NCBI GenBank assembly: GCA_965226375.1
Contig: CBDDCX010000008.1
Coordinates: forward strand, 1,984,001-2,048,000
Direction of reading: 5' to 3'
DNA: 64,000 nucleotides
DNA from: Longimicrobiales bacterium
GTDB taxonomy: Bacteria; Gemmatimonadota; Gemmatimonadetes; Longimicrobiales; Gaopeijiaceae
Part shown: piece by piece, positions 40,649-51,280 of the stretch
How the letters are laid out: the number at the start of each line of letters is the position of its first letter
How positions within the stretch are numbered: position 1 is the stretch's first letter
Position numbers and translations under genes: made by a program
Notes under the pieces: model-generated
Database searches by the model: none
Told to the model about the DNA's origin: nothing
Seen by the model: only the letters and a program-made list of their open reading frames with translations

Positions 40649-43589
40649 CTATTCCGCGCGCAGAGCCGCGACCGGATCCACCCTGGTGGCCCGCCTGGCC
40701 GGTAACCAGCTCGCCAAGAGACTCACGATGACGAGGACAATGGGCGCCCCCGCGAAGGTCCAGGGGTCGGTGGCCGATACCTCATAGAGGACGGCACCCA
40801 TAAGCCGCGTCAGCGCAAAGGCACCCACCAAACCCACGATGACACCTCCGGCCAGGACGGTGACTCCTTGGCGCACGATCATGCGCTGAACGTCCTCCCC
40901 ACGGGCACCGAGAGCGACCCGCACACCGATCTCTCGAGTGCGTTGGCTCACCACGTACGAGATCACCCCGAAGAGCCCGATGGCTCCCAGGAGAAGCGCC
41001 ACGCTGGCCGCGATTCCCAAGAGCGTCATGGTGAACGACGTGCTCGCCATGGCCTCCGAGACGATGGAGTTCATGGTACGTGCGTTACTGATCGGCACCG
41101 TCGAGTCGATCTCCCTTACGATCCGACGGACGGCGGGCAAGATGGTAAGGGGGTCTCCGGCGGTCCGCACCGCGATGAACATTCGGTCAAACCGGAAACG
41201 CTTCCATGCTCCGGCCACCATCGGTAGATAGGCCAGCGGACGGACATCGTCGGTGAGCTCCAACTCACGAGCATTCCCGACGATCTCGCCCCACTGCCCC
41301 TCTTCTCTACCAAAGCGAACCCGCTCACCCAGAGCCTCGCCGTCGAAGAAGGTTCGGGAGAAGCTCTCGTTTACCCACGCCACCGGGACTTCTCCTGAGT
41401 GATCCGTGGTCGTCATGGCCCTACCCTCACGTATAGGGATCCCGATCGTCTCCAGATACCCCGGCGAAACCGCCTTGAACATGGACACCGGAGGTAGCGC
41501 ACCTTCTTCCCGTGGCTGAGACTCGATCCAGAACGACCCACCGTTCATGCCGGCGGGATTCACCGGCAACGAGTTCGTGGCCCCCACTGAGGTGACCCCC
41601 GGAAGGCTCCTTACTTCCTCGACGACCTGCTGGTAGAAGCGAGCAGCCTCCGCCTCGCCGACACCCTCACCGAGACTGAGTGTCACAGCTAGAACACCCT
41701 CCTCCTCCACGGCGTGCGGGCAGTGATGGGGTCGGCGCGATCGCTCTTGCAGTCCCTCGAATCCCTCTGCGCGGAAGCGATTCCACCAGGTGTATCCCGC
41801 GGTCCTGCTGATACCGTAGCGCCTACAGGACTCGGCGAAACTGAACGTCCGTTGTTGCACTTCGAGGATGAAGCGTACTCTTTGCTCGTACATGGTCGAC
41901 CGGTTCCAGTCCATCGGGCTCTCCTTGTTGCAGAACCCTGGTTGATAGGAACCTGTCAACCATCAGTGTAGGTCATTGTGTAAAGGATCAGGGTAGGCTG
42001 TACCGTTGGCTGGCTACCAGCACGTTCCTCGCGCGGTGCCGCTCTCGACCCTCGGTCGTCCCTCTACCGCCGTCCCTCAAAACGCCGGCGAAGGCCTTCC
42101 CCAGATAGCGTATCATAGGGATCGAGCCGAAGACGAGGCCCGCAACTACGGAGATAAGGGCAGCGAACGCCAATACGGTGCCGTCGATGGAGACATCGTG
42201 GAGGCGGGGAAGGTCACCGGGCCCATACGCCACGAGTGCCTGTACCCCCACGCTGGCCAGGAGTACGCCCAGAGCGCCGCCGAGCACACCCAACAGCACA
42301 CTCTCTGACAAGAATCCGGCGGCGAGTCGCCCGCGACCGGCCCCCAGCGCAGCACGGATCGCGATCTCCTTCTGCCTGGCTTCAGCCCGCACCAGGAAGA
42401 GGTTGGCGACATTGGCGCAAGCGATGAGGAGGACGAAGCCCACCGTACCGAGAACGATCCAGAGAGTCGCTTGAACGTCCTCTACGAGAGCCGCTCTCAA
42501 TGGGGTCACCGACGCCGACCAACCGGCTTGCTCCAAGAAGGCGGGGCCAATCTCCGGATCGATATCCGCGACTCTGGCTTGTAGGTCGCTCACCTGTTGA
42601 CGGGCGGCCTCGAGCGTCACATCCGGGCCGAGCCTTGCGAAGCCAGCCAATCCGAACTCGCCGAACGGTCCCTCGGGATCGACGTACAGCGGCGCCAAAG
42701 CCACCGGGTCCGGATCCGGAAAGGCAAAGCCACTGGCCATCACCCCAATGATCTCCGTCGTCACTCCATCCAATTCCACCGTACGCCCGAGAATCGCAGG
42801 ATCAGAGCCAAACCGACCCTTCCAAGTCGCGTCCGTGAGGATCACCACTTGGGTGGCACCCTCCAGGGCGTCCTCCTCGACGAATGCTCGGCCCAAACGG
42901 GGCTGGACCTGGAGAACCGAAAACATGGACGGGGTCAGGGCGGTCAGTTCCACCCTGTCGAGCTGATCACCGACGCGCAGGTTACGCTCGAGCTCGTTCA
43001 CCGCACCAACGGCTGAGAAAACAGTACCGAACTCACGGTACAGTCTCAGCGTTCCGGGCGAATTCTCGAGCTCGGGGAGGTTGAGGCCGGGGGCGTGATG
43101 CGACATGGTCACAATCCGCTCGGACTCCGGATACGGGAGCGGCTGAATCAGCACCGAGTTGACCACGGTGAAGATCGCAACGCTCGCCCCGACGCCGAGA
43201 GCGAGCGTGATCGCCGCGATGGATGTAAACCCAGGTTTACGCATCAGACCGCGCGCGGCCATTCGCAAATCCCTCAGCATGTTCGCCATTCTCTCCCCGC
43301 CTCCCCTCCGCCTCTCGCGGATGTCTACGTTGTCGTATCGGTTCCGGCGGACGCGCCGCCCGTTCCAGTGTTCCTTGGGAATCCTGACTATCAGGTCCAG
43401 GAGCGATCGAGCGCCCGTGGACACCGCGCCCGAAAGGCCGTGGCGTTCATGAGCGGAGTTCAACAGAGCCCGCACGTCGTTCAAGGTCTCTGCCAGATAA
43501 TCCTCCCGGAACGTCGCTGGAAGAAGCCCGGCGAGGGCTCGGTAGATGCCCAGCACGCTCCGCACGATCCGCGGTGATGGTGTACTCAT
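40649..43589 (-). pseudogene. ADOP-type permease interrupted by an IS481 remnant
   Basis: 5' half (43589 to about 42005) ends at RARNVLVASQ; 3' half resumes at EGVLAVTL (about 41700) and runs to DPVAALRAE. Confidence 0.88.
41701..42004 (-). mobile_element. IS481-family left end + transposase HTH fragment
   Basis: End GTACAGCCTACCCTGATCCTTTACA..GACCTACACTGATGGTTGACA with repeated motifs; ATG 41914 MDW..EQRVRFI..CRRYGISRTAGYTWWNRFRAEG..LQERSRRPHHCP. Confidence 0.8.
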
Positions 43590-43599
43590 GACCGGCGGC

Positions 43600-43962
43600 T
43601 CAGGCTCGCCCCAGGGCGCGGCTCGAGCGGGCAGCATCGACCAGCGCCTGTAGACGATCGGCCTCGGCCCTCAAGAGCTCGCTCCCCCGCGCCGTCAGAC
43701 GGTAGTACTGCCGACGGGCGTCGTCGTCCGGATCGTCGGGGCCGTCTACCGCCTCGATCAGATCCTCTTCAGACAGTTCGCGGATCGAGCCGTACAGGGT
43801 GGCCGGCCACAGTTTTATCCGGCCTGCCGTCCGTTCCTCCACCATGCTGCGAACGGCATATCCATGCTGGGCGCCGTCAGCAAGTGCCAAGAGGATGTGG
43901 AACCAGGCCGGCTTCAAGGGCAGAAGTTCTGTGAATTTCTGAGCGCTGTCGGTGTTCGCCAT
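43600..43962 (-). CDS. PadR-family transcriptional regulator
   Basis: FHILLALADG..HGY..PATLYGSI..RRQYYRLT. Confidence 0.92.
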   Translation of the reverse strand: MANTDSAQKFTELLPLKPAWFHILLALADGAQHGYAVRSMVEERTAGRIKLWPATLYGSIRELSEEDLIEAVDGPDDPDDDARRQYYRLTARGSELLRAEADRLQALVDAARSSRALGRA

Positions 43963-44155
43963 CGTTTCTCCAACTCGGCTGGACGTACTCCGGTCACGCC
44001 GGCACCGCCGGCATGACGCAGTTCACTACGAATATATATCGATATGGTTTCATACTGAATATACGCACGAGTACGGCAAGCTTTTCCCAGCGACGTTCGT
44101 GGCCTATACCTCCAGACAGACATCACGCTTTCGCACTCTTCAGGGTAGGTTCGAT

Positions 44156-45193
44156 ATGAAACCCTTGGGTGGAAAAATCGCCGTCGTGGCCGGGGCGACT
44201 CGGGGCGCAGGCCGTGGCATCGCCAGCATGCTGGGTGAAGCCGGCGCCACGGTGTACTGCACGGGTAGGAGCGTGCGGGGCCAGCCAGCCAGCGGGAGTC
44301 GGCCCGAGACGATCGAAGAAACCGCCGAGTTGGTCACCGAGCTCGGTGGCACCGGCATCTGGGTCCAGGTCGACCACGAAGAAGAAGAGCAGGTCGAGGC
44401 ACTCTTCGAGAGAGTGAAGGGCGAACAGGGCCGACTGGACGTGTTGGTGAACGACATCTGGGGAGGCGATGCACTCACCGAGTGGGGCAAGCCATTCTGG
44501 GAACTCTCCACCGAAAAGGGCCTGGCCATGCTGCGGCAGGCCGTCCACACGCACATCATCACGAGCCGGCACGGCGTGCCGCTGATGATCGAGCAGGGCC
44601 ACGGTCTCGTCATCGAGATCACCGACGGTGACTTCCATGGATACCGAGGCCACCTGTTCTACGACCTCGTGAAGGTCGGAGTGATCCGGCTGGCCTACGG
44701 TATGTCTTGGGACCTGAAGGACCGAGGAGTTACGGCCCTTGCGGTGACTCCCGGATTCCTCCGCTCCGAGGCGGTGCTCGATCACTTCGGCGTCACGGAA
44801 GAGAATTGGCGGGACGCTGTAAAGAAGGATCCTCACTTCGCGCAGTCGGAGACGCCGACCTTCGTCGGGCGGGCGGTAGCTGCACTCGCCGCTGATCCCC
44901 ACGTACAAGACAAGGCGGGCCGCGTCTGGGCGTCCTGGACCCTGGCCAGGGAGTACGGTTTCCGTGACGCAGACGGACAGCAACCGGACTGGGGTAGCTA
45001 CATGGACCGCACGGTGGCCGACATTCTCGACCGGGGTGCGCCGTTGGACGGCAGCGACCGCTTTCTGTTGGAATATCGCCGCTTCCAGATCGACCGCGAT
45101 CCCTCCCGGGCGGACGAGGCGGAGCGGATCGATGATTTGATGGACAACACGGACACCGACAAATCGACCGCACCCGCATCGGAGCAGCGATGA
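44156..45193 (+). CDS. Short-chain dehydrogenase/reductase (DHRS1-like)
   Basis: AGATRGAGRG, LDVLVNDIWG, YDLVK, TPGFLRSE. Confidence 0.9.
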   Translation: MKPLGGKIAVVAGATRGAGRGIASMLGEAGATVYCTGRSVRGQPASGSRPETIEETAELVTELGGTGIWVQVDHEEEEQVEALFERVKGEQGRLDVLVNDIWGGDALTEWGKPFWELSTEKGLAMLRQAVHTHIITSRHGVPLMIEQGHGLVIEITDGDFHGYRGHLFYDLVKVGVIRLAYGMSWDLKDRGVTALAVTPGFLRSEAVLDHFGVTEENWRDAVKKDPHFAQSETPTFVGRAVAALAADPHVQDKAGRVWASWTLAREYGFRDADGQQPDWGSYMDRTVADILDRGAPLDGSDRFLLEYRRFQIDRDPSRADEAERIDDLMDNTDTDKSTAPASEQR

Positions 45194-45519
45194 TCACCCG
45201 AATATGGCACGGCTGGACCAGCCATGAGAACGCGGACACCTACCAGAGACTCCTGGAAACGGAGATTCTTCCGGGCATCGCACGCAAGGAGATTCCGGGC
45301 TACCAAGGCGCGCACCTCGTGCGCCGCGCGCTCGGGGAAGAGATCGAGTTCATCACCATCATGTGGTTCGATTCCCTCGATTCGGTGCGGTCATTCATGG
45401 GGGACGACTACGAGGTGGCCTACGTTCCGGATGCGGCACGGGCGGTGCTCGCCCGGTTCGACTCACGGTCCCAGCACTACGACGTCATTCTGGAGCCGAG
45501 CCAGACCGCTTCACCGTAG
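45190..45519 (+). CDS. ABM-like dimeric alpha-beta barrel protein
   Basis: MITRIWHGWT..EFITIMWFDSLDSVRSF.G.DYE.AYVP; ATGA coupling. Confidence 0.8.
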   Translation: MITRIWHGWTSHENADTYQRLLETEILPGIARKEIPGYQGAHLVRRALGEEIEFITIMWFDSLDSVRSFMGDDYEVAYVPDAARAVLARFDSRSQHYDVILEPSQTASP

Positions 45520-45588
45520 CGGGCATGCACTTTCGGACAACTCGCCTGGCTTCCCGTGGTCGCTCGCCGGCCGCCTGCAGCTAGTTCT

Positions 45589-46392
45589 CTAGCCTCCGGT
45601 GGAGCCCTCACGACGCGTCAGGTCGAACTCGATCTGACTGAACTGGCCGGCGCCCAACGTCACACTCTGTTCCCGCATTCCCAAGAACGGGTGCCAGATC
45701 TTGACGGTGTACTCTCCCGGCGGAACGTCACCGATCTCGAACGTGCCGTCCTCCCCCGTGGCTACCGCATAGGGCGTGTCCGCCGCGAAGATCCATCCTT
45801 GCATGAAGTCGTGGGCATCACACTCGAGCCTGATCCGGTTGCCCCTCCTCGGTCGCAACGCCTGGGTGATGACCTCCTTCTCAGGAGGTTGGCCCAAGTT
45901 GAACAGAGTTCTTCCGCGATCTCCGATCAGCTCCCAGGCATGGATGTTGTGGAGCACGGGGTCGCTGTTCACGATGTCCATGTCGGCCCATCGGGGTGCG
46001 ACGAGCATGTTGGGCTGAAACGTGCAGTCCCTTTGGTCCACCGCCTGGCGCATATCGCGGTCGGGCCACGCCTTTCCGGCGGCAACTCCCTCGATGAAGA
46101 CCACGGCGCCCAGAAGCTCCCCTCCCTCCCCGACGGCCACGTCTTGGCGCTCGATGTATCCAAAGCCACACACCTCTTCGTCCTTGGTGACCAAGAGTCT
46201 GCGGACCGCCGGTACGTCGCCGTGGAATAGCGCACGGCCAGAGAGCGTCGCCCCGTCCGTCACCGCCACGACCTGGTAGTCGCTCTGCGCCGCGAGAACC
46301 CGGGGACCCTGAGCGAGCACGACCAAGAAAATGAACATCCCCCAGCCGACACTCGAACGGATCTGAGAGGAAGATTCGGATCGGTTAATCAT
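45589..46392 (-). CDS. Secreted cupredoxin-like / carboxypeptidase-regulatory-like protein
   Basis: Signal-like N-terminus; DQRDCTFQP, NSDPVLHNIH, CDAHDFM, VPPGEYTVKIWH. Confidence 0.75.
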   Translation of the reverse strand: MINRSESSSQIRSSVGWGMFIFLVVLAQGPRVLAAQSDYQVVAVTDGATLSGRALFHGDVPAVRRLLVTKDEEVCGFGYIERQDVAVGEGGELLGAVVFIEGVAAGKAWPDRDMRQAVDQRDCTFQPNMLVAPRWADMDIVNSDPVLHNIHAWELIGDRGRTLFNLGQPPEKEVITQALRPRRGNRIRLECDAHDFMQGWIFAADTPYAVATGEDGTFEIGDVPPGEYTVKIWHPFLGMREQSVTLGAGQFSQIEFDLTRREGSTGG

Positions 46393-46621
46393 CTATCCAT
46401 CGGCTCCGTGAGGATCTCGACGTTCTGTCACTTGTACGAGTAAGCTCCGGATCGGCCAGGTACCCGAGGGTTCAGCAAGACAGGCTCCCCCGGCTCCAAT
46501 CCGGTGTACACAAGGAATATCTCCGATCTTGGACGGAAAGTTCCAAGCGATTAACGTTCGACGCCGCGGAGCCTGAAGGCCCCACCCCCGTAACTGTGCC
46601 CCGTTCCACTGGAGAACTGAC

Positions 46622-48073
46622 GTGAACGTCACCACTGGTTTTCTGCTCTTCATATCCGCTTTGGGCGCCTCGCTCGTTGTGACCGCTGCGGCACCGGCGC
46701 CAGGCCCGGGCGAGGCGGCAACGACCTGGACGGGAGCGGCCGCTCAGTACGCCGAAGTACAAAGCATCCTCGACGCCAAGTGCGTGAGCTGCCACACCGG
46801 TCCTGACGCGGCACGCGGGCTCAGCCTGGATTCTTGGGAGGGCACGATCGCGGGATCAGACCACGGTGAGGCGGTCATCGCGTACGACGCCGCTCGTTCG
46901 CTGCTGATCGAGCTGACTACCAAGCTCGTGGGTGGACCCCACCCGGCCGAGCTCGACGCCGACGGGCTCACCGAAGACGAAGTAATCCTTGTGAGTGCCT
47001 GGATCGACGAGGGGGCGCAGTCGGGGTCCGGAGAGATTCCATTCGCCGACGCAAAACACCTCTTGTACGCTGCCAACCAGAGCGAGGCCGTCGTCTCGGT
47101 CATCGACATGGAGACCAACCAGGTCATCCGCACCGTGGATCTTCAGCGGCTCGGGCTTCCCGCGAACGCCTGGCCCCATCACATCGCGGTGGAGCCCGAC
47201 GGATCCTATTGGTACCTCTCGCTCATCGCCTCCAACCAGATCCTCAAGTTCGACCGCCAGAACGAGCTCGTCGAGCGTATCGACTTTATGCGCCCTGGCC
47301 TCCTGGCACTCGATCCGGCAGGTGAGAACCTCTACGCGGCCCGATCCATGGCCGCCGTGTCCCCACCCCAGGAGATCGGGGTGATCCGCCGCTCGGACAT
47401 GAGCTTCGAGGAGGTGGGCATCTTCCTTCCCAGACCTCACGCCCTAGCGGTCCAGCCGGGGACGGGCACGGTCTTCACAGCCAGCCTGTCGGTCAACCAG
47501 ATCGCATCCTTCTATCCGGAGGACGAGGCACTCGAGCTCGCCGACCTAGGGGGCGATCGCCCGCACACGTTCATCGGGTTCGCCACGTCGCCAGACGGGC
47601 GATGGATGGTGGGCACCACCGAACTGACGGCCTCGGTCTTCGTATTCGACCTGGAACGGACCGACATGATTCCGGTGGACACCATCGCCGTGAACGCAGC
47701 CCCATGGCATCCCGTGTTCACGCCGGACGGCCGGTGGGTCTACGTGGGCAACAACTGGGACAACACGGCCAACGTGATCGACATGGAGACCCGGACCCTG
47801 GCCAAGGTCATCGAGGGCAACGGGCTGGCGCAGCCTCATGGATCCGCGGTCTCGCCCGACGGTCGCTTCGCCTATATCGCGAGCCGCAACCTCGAAATGC
47901 CCGAGGGACACAGCAAGTACGGGCATATGTACACGCCCCGTTACGATACCGGCAACAACGCCCGGGCGGGCACCGTGGTGGTCATCGACACCGAAACCCA
48001 GGAGATCGTGAAGATCATCGAGATCGAAGGGTACGGTGCGGGGCTGGGGACGGCGGCGCTGACGCAGCACTGA
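46622..48073 (+). CDS. Secreted c-type cytochrome domain + YVTN/YncE beta-propeller
   Basis: Signal peptide; ILDAKCVSCH..WIDEGA; repeats such as VSVIDMETNQVI, SPDGRW, PHG. Confidence 0.8.
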   Translation: MNVTTGFLLFISALGASLVVTAAAPAPGPGEAATTWTGAAAQYAEVQSILDAKCVSCHTGPDAARGLSLDSWEGTIAGSDHGEAVIAYDAARSLLIELTTKLVGGPHPAELDADGLTEDEVILVSAWIDEGAQSGSGEIPFADAKHLLYAANQSEAVVSVIDMETNQVIRTVDLQRLGLPANAWPHHIAVEPDGSYWYLSLIASNQILKFDRQNELVERIDFMRPGLLALDPAGENLYAARSMAAVSPPQEIGVIRRSDMSFEEVGIFLPRPHALAVQPGTGTVFTASLSVNQIASFYPEDEALELADLGGDRPHTFIGFATSPDGRWMVGTTELTASVFVFDLERTDMIPVDTIAVNAAPWHPVFTPDGRWVYVGNNWDNTANVIDMETRTLAKVIEGNGLAQPHGSAVSPDGRFAYIASRNLEMPEGHSKYGHMYTPRYDTGNNARAGTVVVIDTETQEIVKIIEIEGYGAGLGTAALTQH

Positions 48074-48131
48074 CGGGTCTCGCGCTGTGAGGAGCTCCCG
48101 AGGGAGCTCCAGGCCTCCGTTGACGCCCCCT

Positions 48132-48671
48132 CTACTCTTCCCGGGCAAATTCGTAGTTCACCACGTGCCGACCGCAACCGCCCAAATGCCTGACGTAGGG
48201 GGTGGTGTTCTCTCCGGGAATCAAGAAGCGAACAGCCAGTTCCCTGCAGTTCACCAAGTCAATGGCGTAGACAATGCTGTACTCTTCGTCGACCCAGGCA
48301 CGCACACTGTGGACGACGCGAGCCGGTAGCTCGAAGAGTTCGACGATCAGGCTTTCGTACTGGCTGCCCTCCGGCGCCGTGATCCGACCGCTCACAAGCC
48401 CATCGGCCGGACCTCGTTGACCGACCCGCTCACCGATGGGGGGCTGCGGTCGACCGGGTCGACCCTGCCCATCGAAGGACGGAGGTACCGCCCCGCCAAC
48501 GGAGCCTCCGGCAGAAACGACTCTACCGCACCCGCCGAGCCACAATGCGAGGACGATCCAGATGCCTGTCGAGCCCGCACGGGCAAAGAAGGTCGTATTG
48601 GTCAAGGCGATTCGTACGTCCTCTATGTCACAGCGATGCGTACGTCTCCAACCATAATTACGACCGAGCAA
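48132..48671 (-). CDS. Hypothetical lipoprotein; start uncertain
   Basis: Hydrophobic stretch ending LGGC; fills the gap between two clear genes. Confidence 0.35.
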   Translation of the reverse strand: MLGRNYGWRRTHRCDIEDVRIALTNTTFFARAGSTGIWIVLALWLGGCGRVVSAGGSVGGAVPPSFDGQGRPGRPQPPIGERVGQRGPADGLVSGRITAPEGSQYESLIVELFELPARVVHSVRAWVDEEYSIVYAIDLVNCRELAVRFLIPGENTTPYVRHLGGCGRHVVNYEFAREE

Positions 48672-48689
48672 TAGCAGTGTTGCCGACTC

Positions 48690-50582
48690 CTACCGCATCA
48701 CTCCCAGCACCAGGTGGGACGGATAATCCCCGGACCGATGGATGGTCTGAGTCGCAATTTGGTAGTCCTCCGGCTGCGCGTGGTAGATGTCCACGAACGT
48801 CTGCGGATTCCGATCGTAGGCCGGGAACCACGAACTCTGGACGTGCACCATGATGCGGTGCCCTGCCAGGAACGTGTGGAACTTGTCCTTCAAGTCGATG
48901 TCGATGCGCGCGACCTCACCCGGCACCATGGGCTCTGGATTTTCCAAGCTGTTCCGGAACTTGCCTCGCATGATCTCGCCAGCCACGTGCATCTGGAAGC
49001 CCCCCATCGGCACGTTGCAGGACTCGCTCTGAGGGGCATCACCCGGGTAGACGTCGATGAGCTTGACGACCCAGTCCGAATCGGTGCCGGTGGTGGACAC
49101 GTAGATGTTGGCCAGTATCGGTCCTGCGATGGTCAGATCCTCGGTCAGCGGCTCTGAGACGTAGGTGAGTACGTCGGGCCGAGTCGAAGCGAAGCGTTGG
49201 TCCTCAACCTTCCAGAGATGACCCAGTGTAGTGCGAATCTCGGCGGAGAAGGGCACGGGATGATTCGGATCGCTGACGTAGCTGTCGGACACGTCAGCGC
49301 CATTCGCCGTCGGCTCATCGAAGGAGAGCGTGCCGTCCTCACGCAGATAGAGGTTGGTGGCCCTCACACCCGGAGGCGGCCAACGGTCATACGTCCTCCA
49401 CTCGTTGGTTCCAGTCTCGAACACCACTGCCTCCGGGGAGCCCCAATCCCCTTCCCCCTTAAGGTGGTGTCGGAAGAAGGGAGCCTGGACCCGGTTCTGG
49501 AAGTCGATCGACGTGGGGGTGTCGAACTCGACGCAGCCCAGGTAGTCACCCTCCATGCTCCGCCAGCCGCCATGCAGCCAGGGCCCCACGGCGAGCGTAT
49601 TCTGGCTGGCCGGACTCATCTCCTCGACGGTCCTGTAAATGGACATCGGGCCGTAGAAGTCCTCGGTGTCGAACCATCCCGCGACGTTCAGCACTGCGTG
49701 GTCGATGCCGTCCAGGTGTAGCAAGGCGTTCTGCTGTTGCCAGTACTCGTCGTACGTCCCGTGCTCCATGAAATCGTTCCAGGCGATCACGTCGCCCTGG
49801 AAGTACTTCTCGTCGATGTTGGCCGCAGAGCCCGCATTCAGGAAGAACTCGTATCCCCACGGTGTGCCGTAGTCGAAGCGGCCCGCCCGGGTCGAGGTGG
49901 GGCCGCTCCGTGCGCGAGCGTTGCCCGAGAGCCAACTGAACGCATACATGATCCGGAAGGCCCCGTTATGGTGCCAATCATCTCCGATGAACATGTCCGA
50001 CGGCGACGCCTGCGGGGACGACGCGACGAGTGCGGGGTGCCGGTCGATCATCCCCATGACGGTCTGCCACCCCGGGTAGGAGATGCCCCACTGCCCCACC
50101 TTTCCGTTGTCGTTGGGCAGGTGGTTCAGAGCCCATTCGATGACATCGTAGTTGTCCGTGCTTTCATCCGTCTCGGCGGATCCGGGGCGATCGCGGGAGA
50201 GCGGCTTGATCACCTCGAACTCACCTTCGGAGCGGAATTTCCCGCGGACATCCTGGAACACGAAGATGTATCCCTCACGGTCGAACTCGGCCGTGGGCCC
50301 CAGGGGAGTGCGAAAACGGTCCGCTTCGTACGGACGGATGGAGTAGGGCGTCCGAAAAAGCATCACCGGATACTCCTTCGTGTCGTCCTTGGGGACATAC
50401 ACGATGGTGTAGAGCTGCACGCCGTCCCTCATGGCCACCATGTGCTCGGTCTTGTCGTAGTTCTCGTGAAGGAAGTCCTCGTGGCTTTGCTGTGGAGCCA
50501 GCGATCCCGGGTCAGCGCTTCGGAGTCCGGAAGCGGGCAGCAGCAGCGCCGCTGCGGTCAGGAGCGCGTGGGTGGTCTTCAT
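48690..50582 (-). CDS. CocE/NonD family hydrolase (alpha-amino acid ester hydrolase-like)
   Basis: MRDGVQL, RTPY, QDVRG, WGISYPG, HNGAF, SSWFP..RNPQ. Confidence 0.92.
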   Translation of the reverse strand: MKTTHALLTAAALLLPASGLRSADPGSLAPQQSHEDFLHENYDKTEHMVAMRDGVQLYTIVYVPKDDTKEYPVMLFRTPYSIRPYEADRFRTPLGPTAEFDREGYIFVFQDVRGKFRSEGEFEVIKPLSRDRPGSAETDESTDNYDVIEWALNHLPNDNGKVGQWGISYPGWQTVMGMIDRHPALVASSPQASPSDMFIGDDWHHNGAFRIMYAFSWLSGNARARSGPTSTRAGRFDYGTPWGYEFFLNAGSAANIDEKYFQGDVIAWNDFMEHGTYDEYWQQQNALLHLDGIDHAVLNVAGWFDTEDFYGPMSIYRTVEEMSPASQNTLAVGPWLHGGWRSMEGDYLGCVEFDTPTSIDFQNRVQAPFFRHHLKGEGDWGSPEAVVFETGTNEWRTYDRWPPPGVRATNLYLREDGTLSFDEPTANGADVSDSYVSDPNHPVPFSAEIRTTLGHLWKVEDQRFASTRPDVLTYVSEPLTEDLTIAGPILANIYVSTTGTDSDWVVKLIDVYPGDAPQSESCNVPMGGFQMHVAGEIMRGKFRNSLENPEPMVPGEVARIDIDLKDKFHTFLAGHRIMVHVQSSWFPAYDRNPQTFVDIYHAQPEDYQIATQTIHRSGDYPSHLVLGVMR

Positions 50583-50899
50583 GATGGGCCTGCCTCCGCC
50601 TGGCTTGGTGTAACTGTGAAAGCGGGCAGCCACGAAAAAGGGATCTCTCTTGGAACCTAGGCGACTGCCGCGCCGCCCAATCTGGTGATGGCAAGCCGAG
50701 CGCGCGACCTCGACGCTCATTCTGCCTGATCCAATCGTTCGATGCGAAGCTTGCCGAGATGCTCCTCAGAGACGCGTACGTATCTTCGTATCGTGAGTAT
50801 ACGTACGATGGTTAGGCCGGGTTGCAGGCAGAGGGGCGATCGTCGGAGCAGGCGGGCGAGGAGTCGGGAGTCTCTTAGGAAAGATATCGGATTCCGCCC

Positions 50900-51260
50900 T
50901 TTGCTGCGGCCCAAGCTCTCCTGTTCCGCTTCGACCAGTACTCATTCCTTCTCGCGGCGTACCTGCGGTCTATCTGATGCCCGGCTTCACGGTCGATGGG
51001 GAGCCGGAGACGCATCGACGGGCATGGCAGTACTACATCGAGAACGTGAACACCGTCAGCGGCACAACTTCATGCCGGCCGCGAGCTACGAGTCACCGGT
51101 GGCGATGGCTGCGATGTCCATCTATCTCGTGCGGAATCTGGCGAACTCGCCGTCCATTCCCGAGATGCTAGAGGAGGCTCCGTTCCGGGACGCGAGGGGG
51201 AGTCCCACCGTGCCTACGTTCTACGGGGATACTCGGTACCTGAGAAGGAGAGTCCCTTAG
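50900..51260 (+). pseudogene. Degenerate C-terminal remnant, probably of an M28 peptidase
   Basis: Across frameshifts reads QALLFR-x-DQYSFLL(A)GVPAVYLMPGF..YLVRNLANSP, resembling RSDxYSF..GVP of M28 peptidases. Confidence 0.4.
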
Positions 51261-51280
51261 AACCTTACGACCTTTAGATG

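Noticed and set aside
46622..48073. Nitrite reductase NirS
   Set aside because: Only the domain layout is similar; no recognisable NirS motifs and no haem d1 biosynthesis genes nearby.
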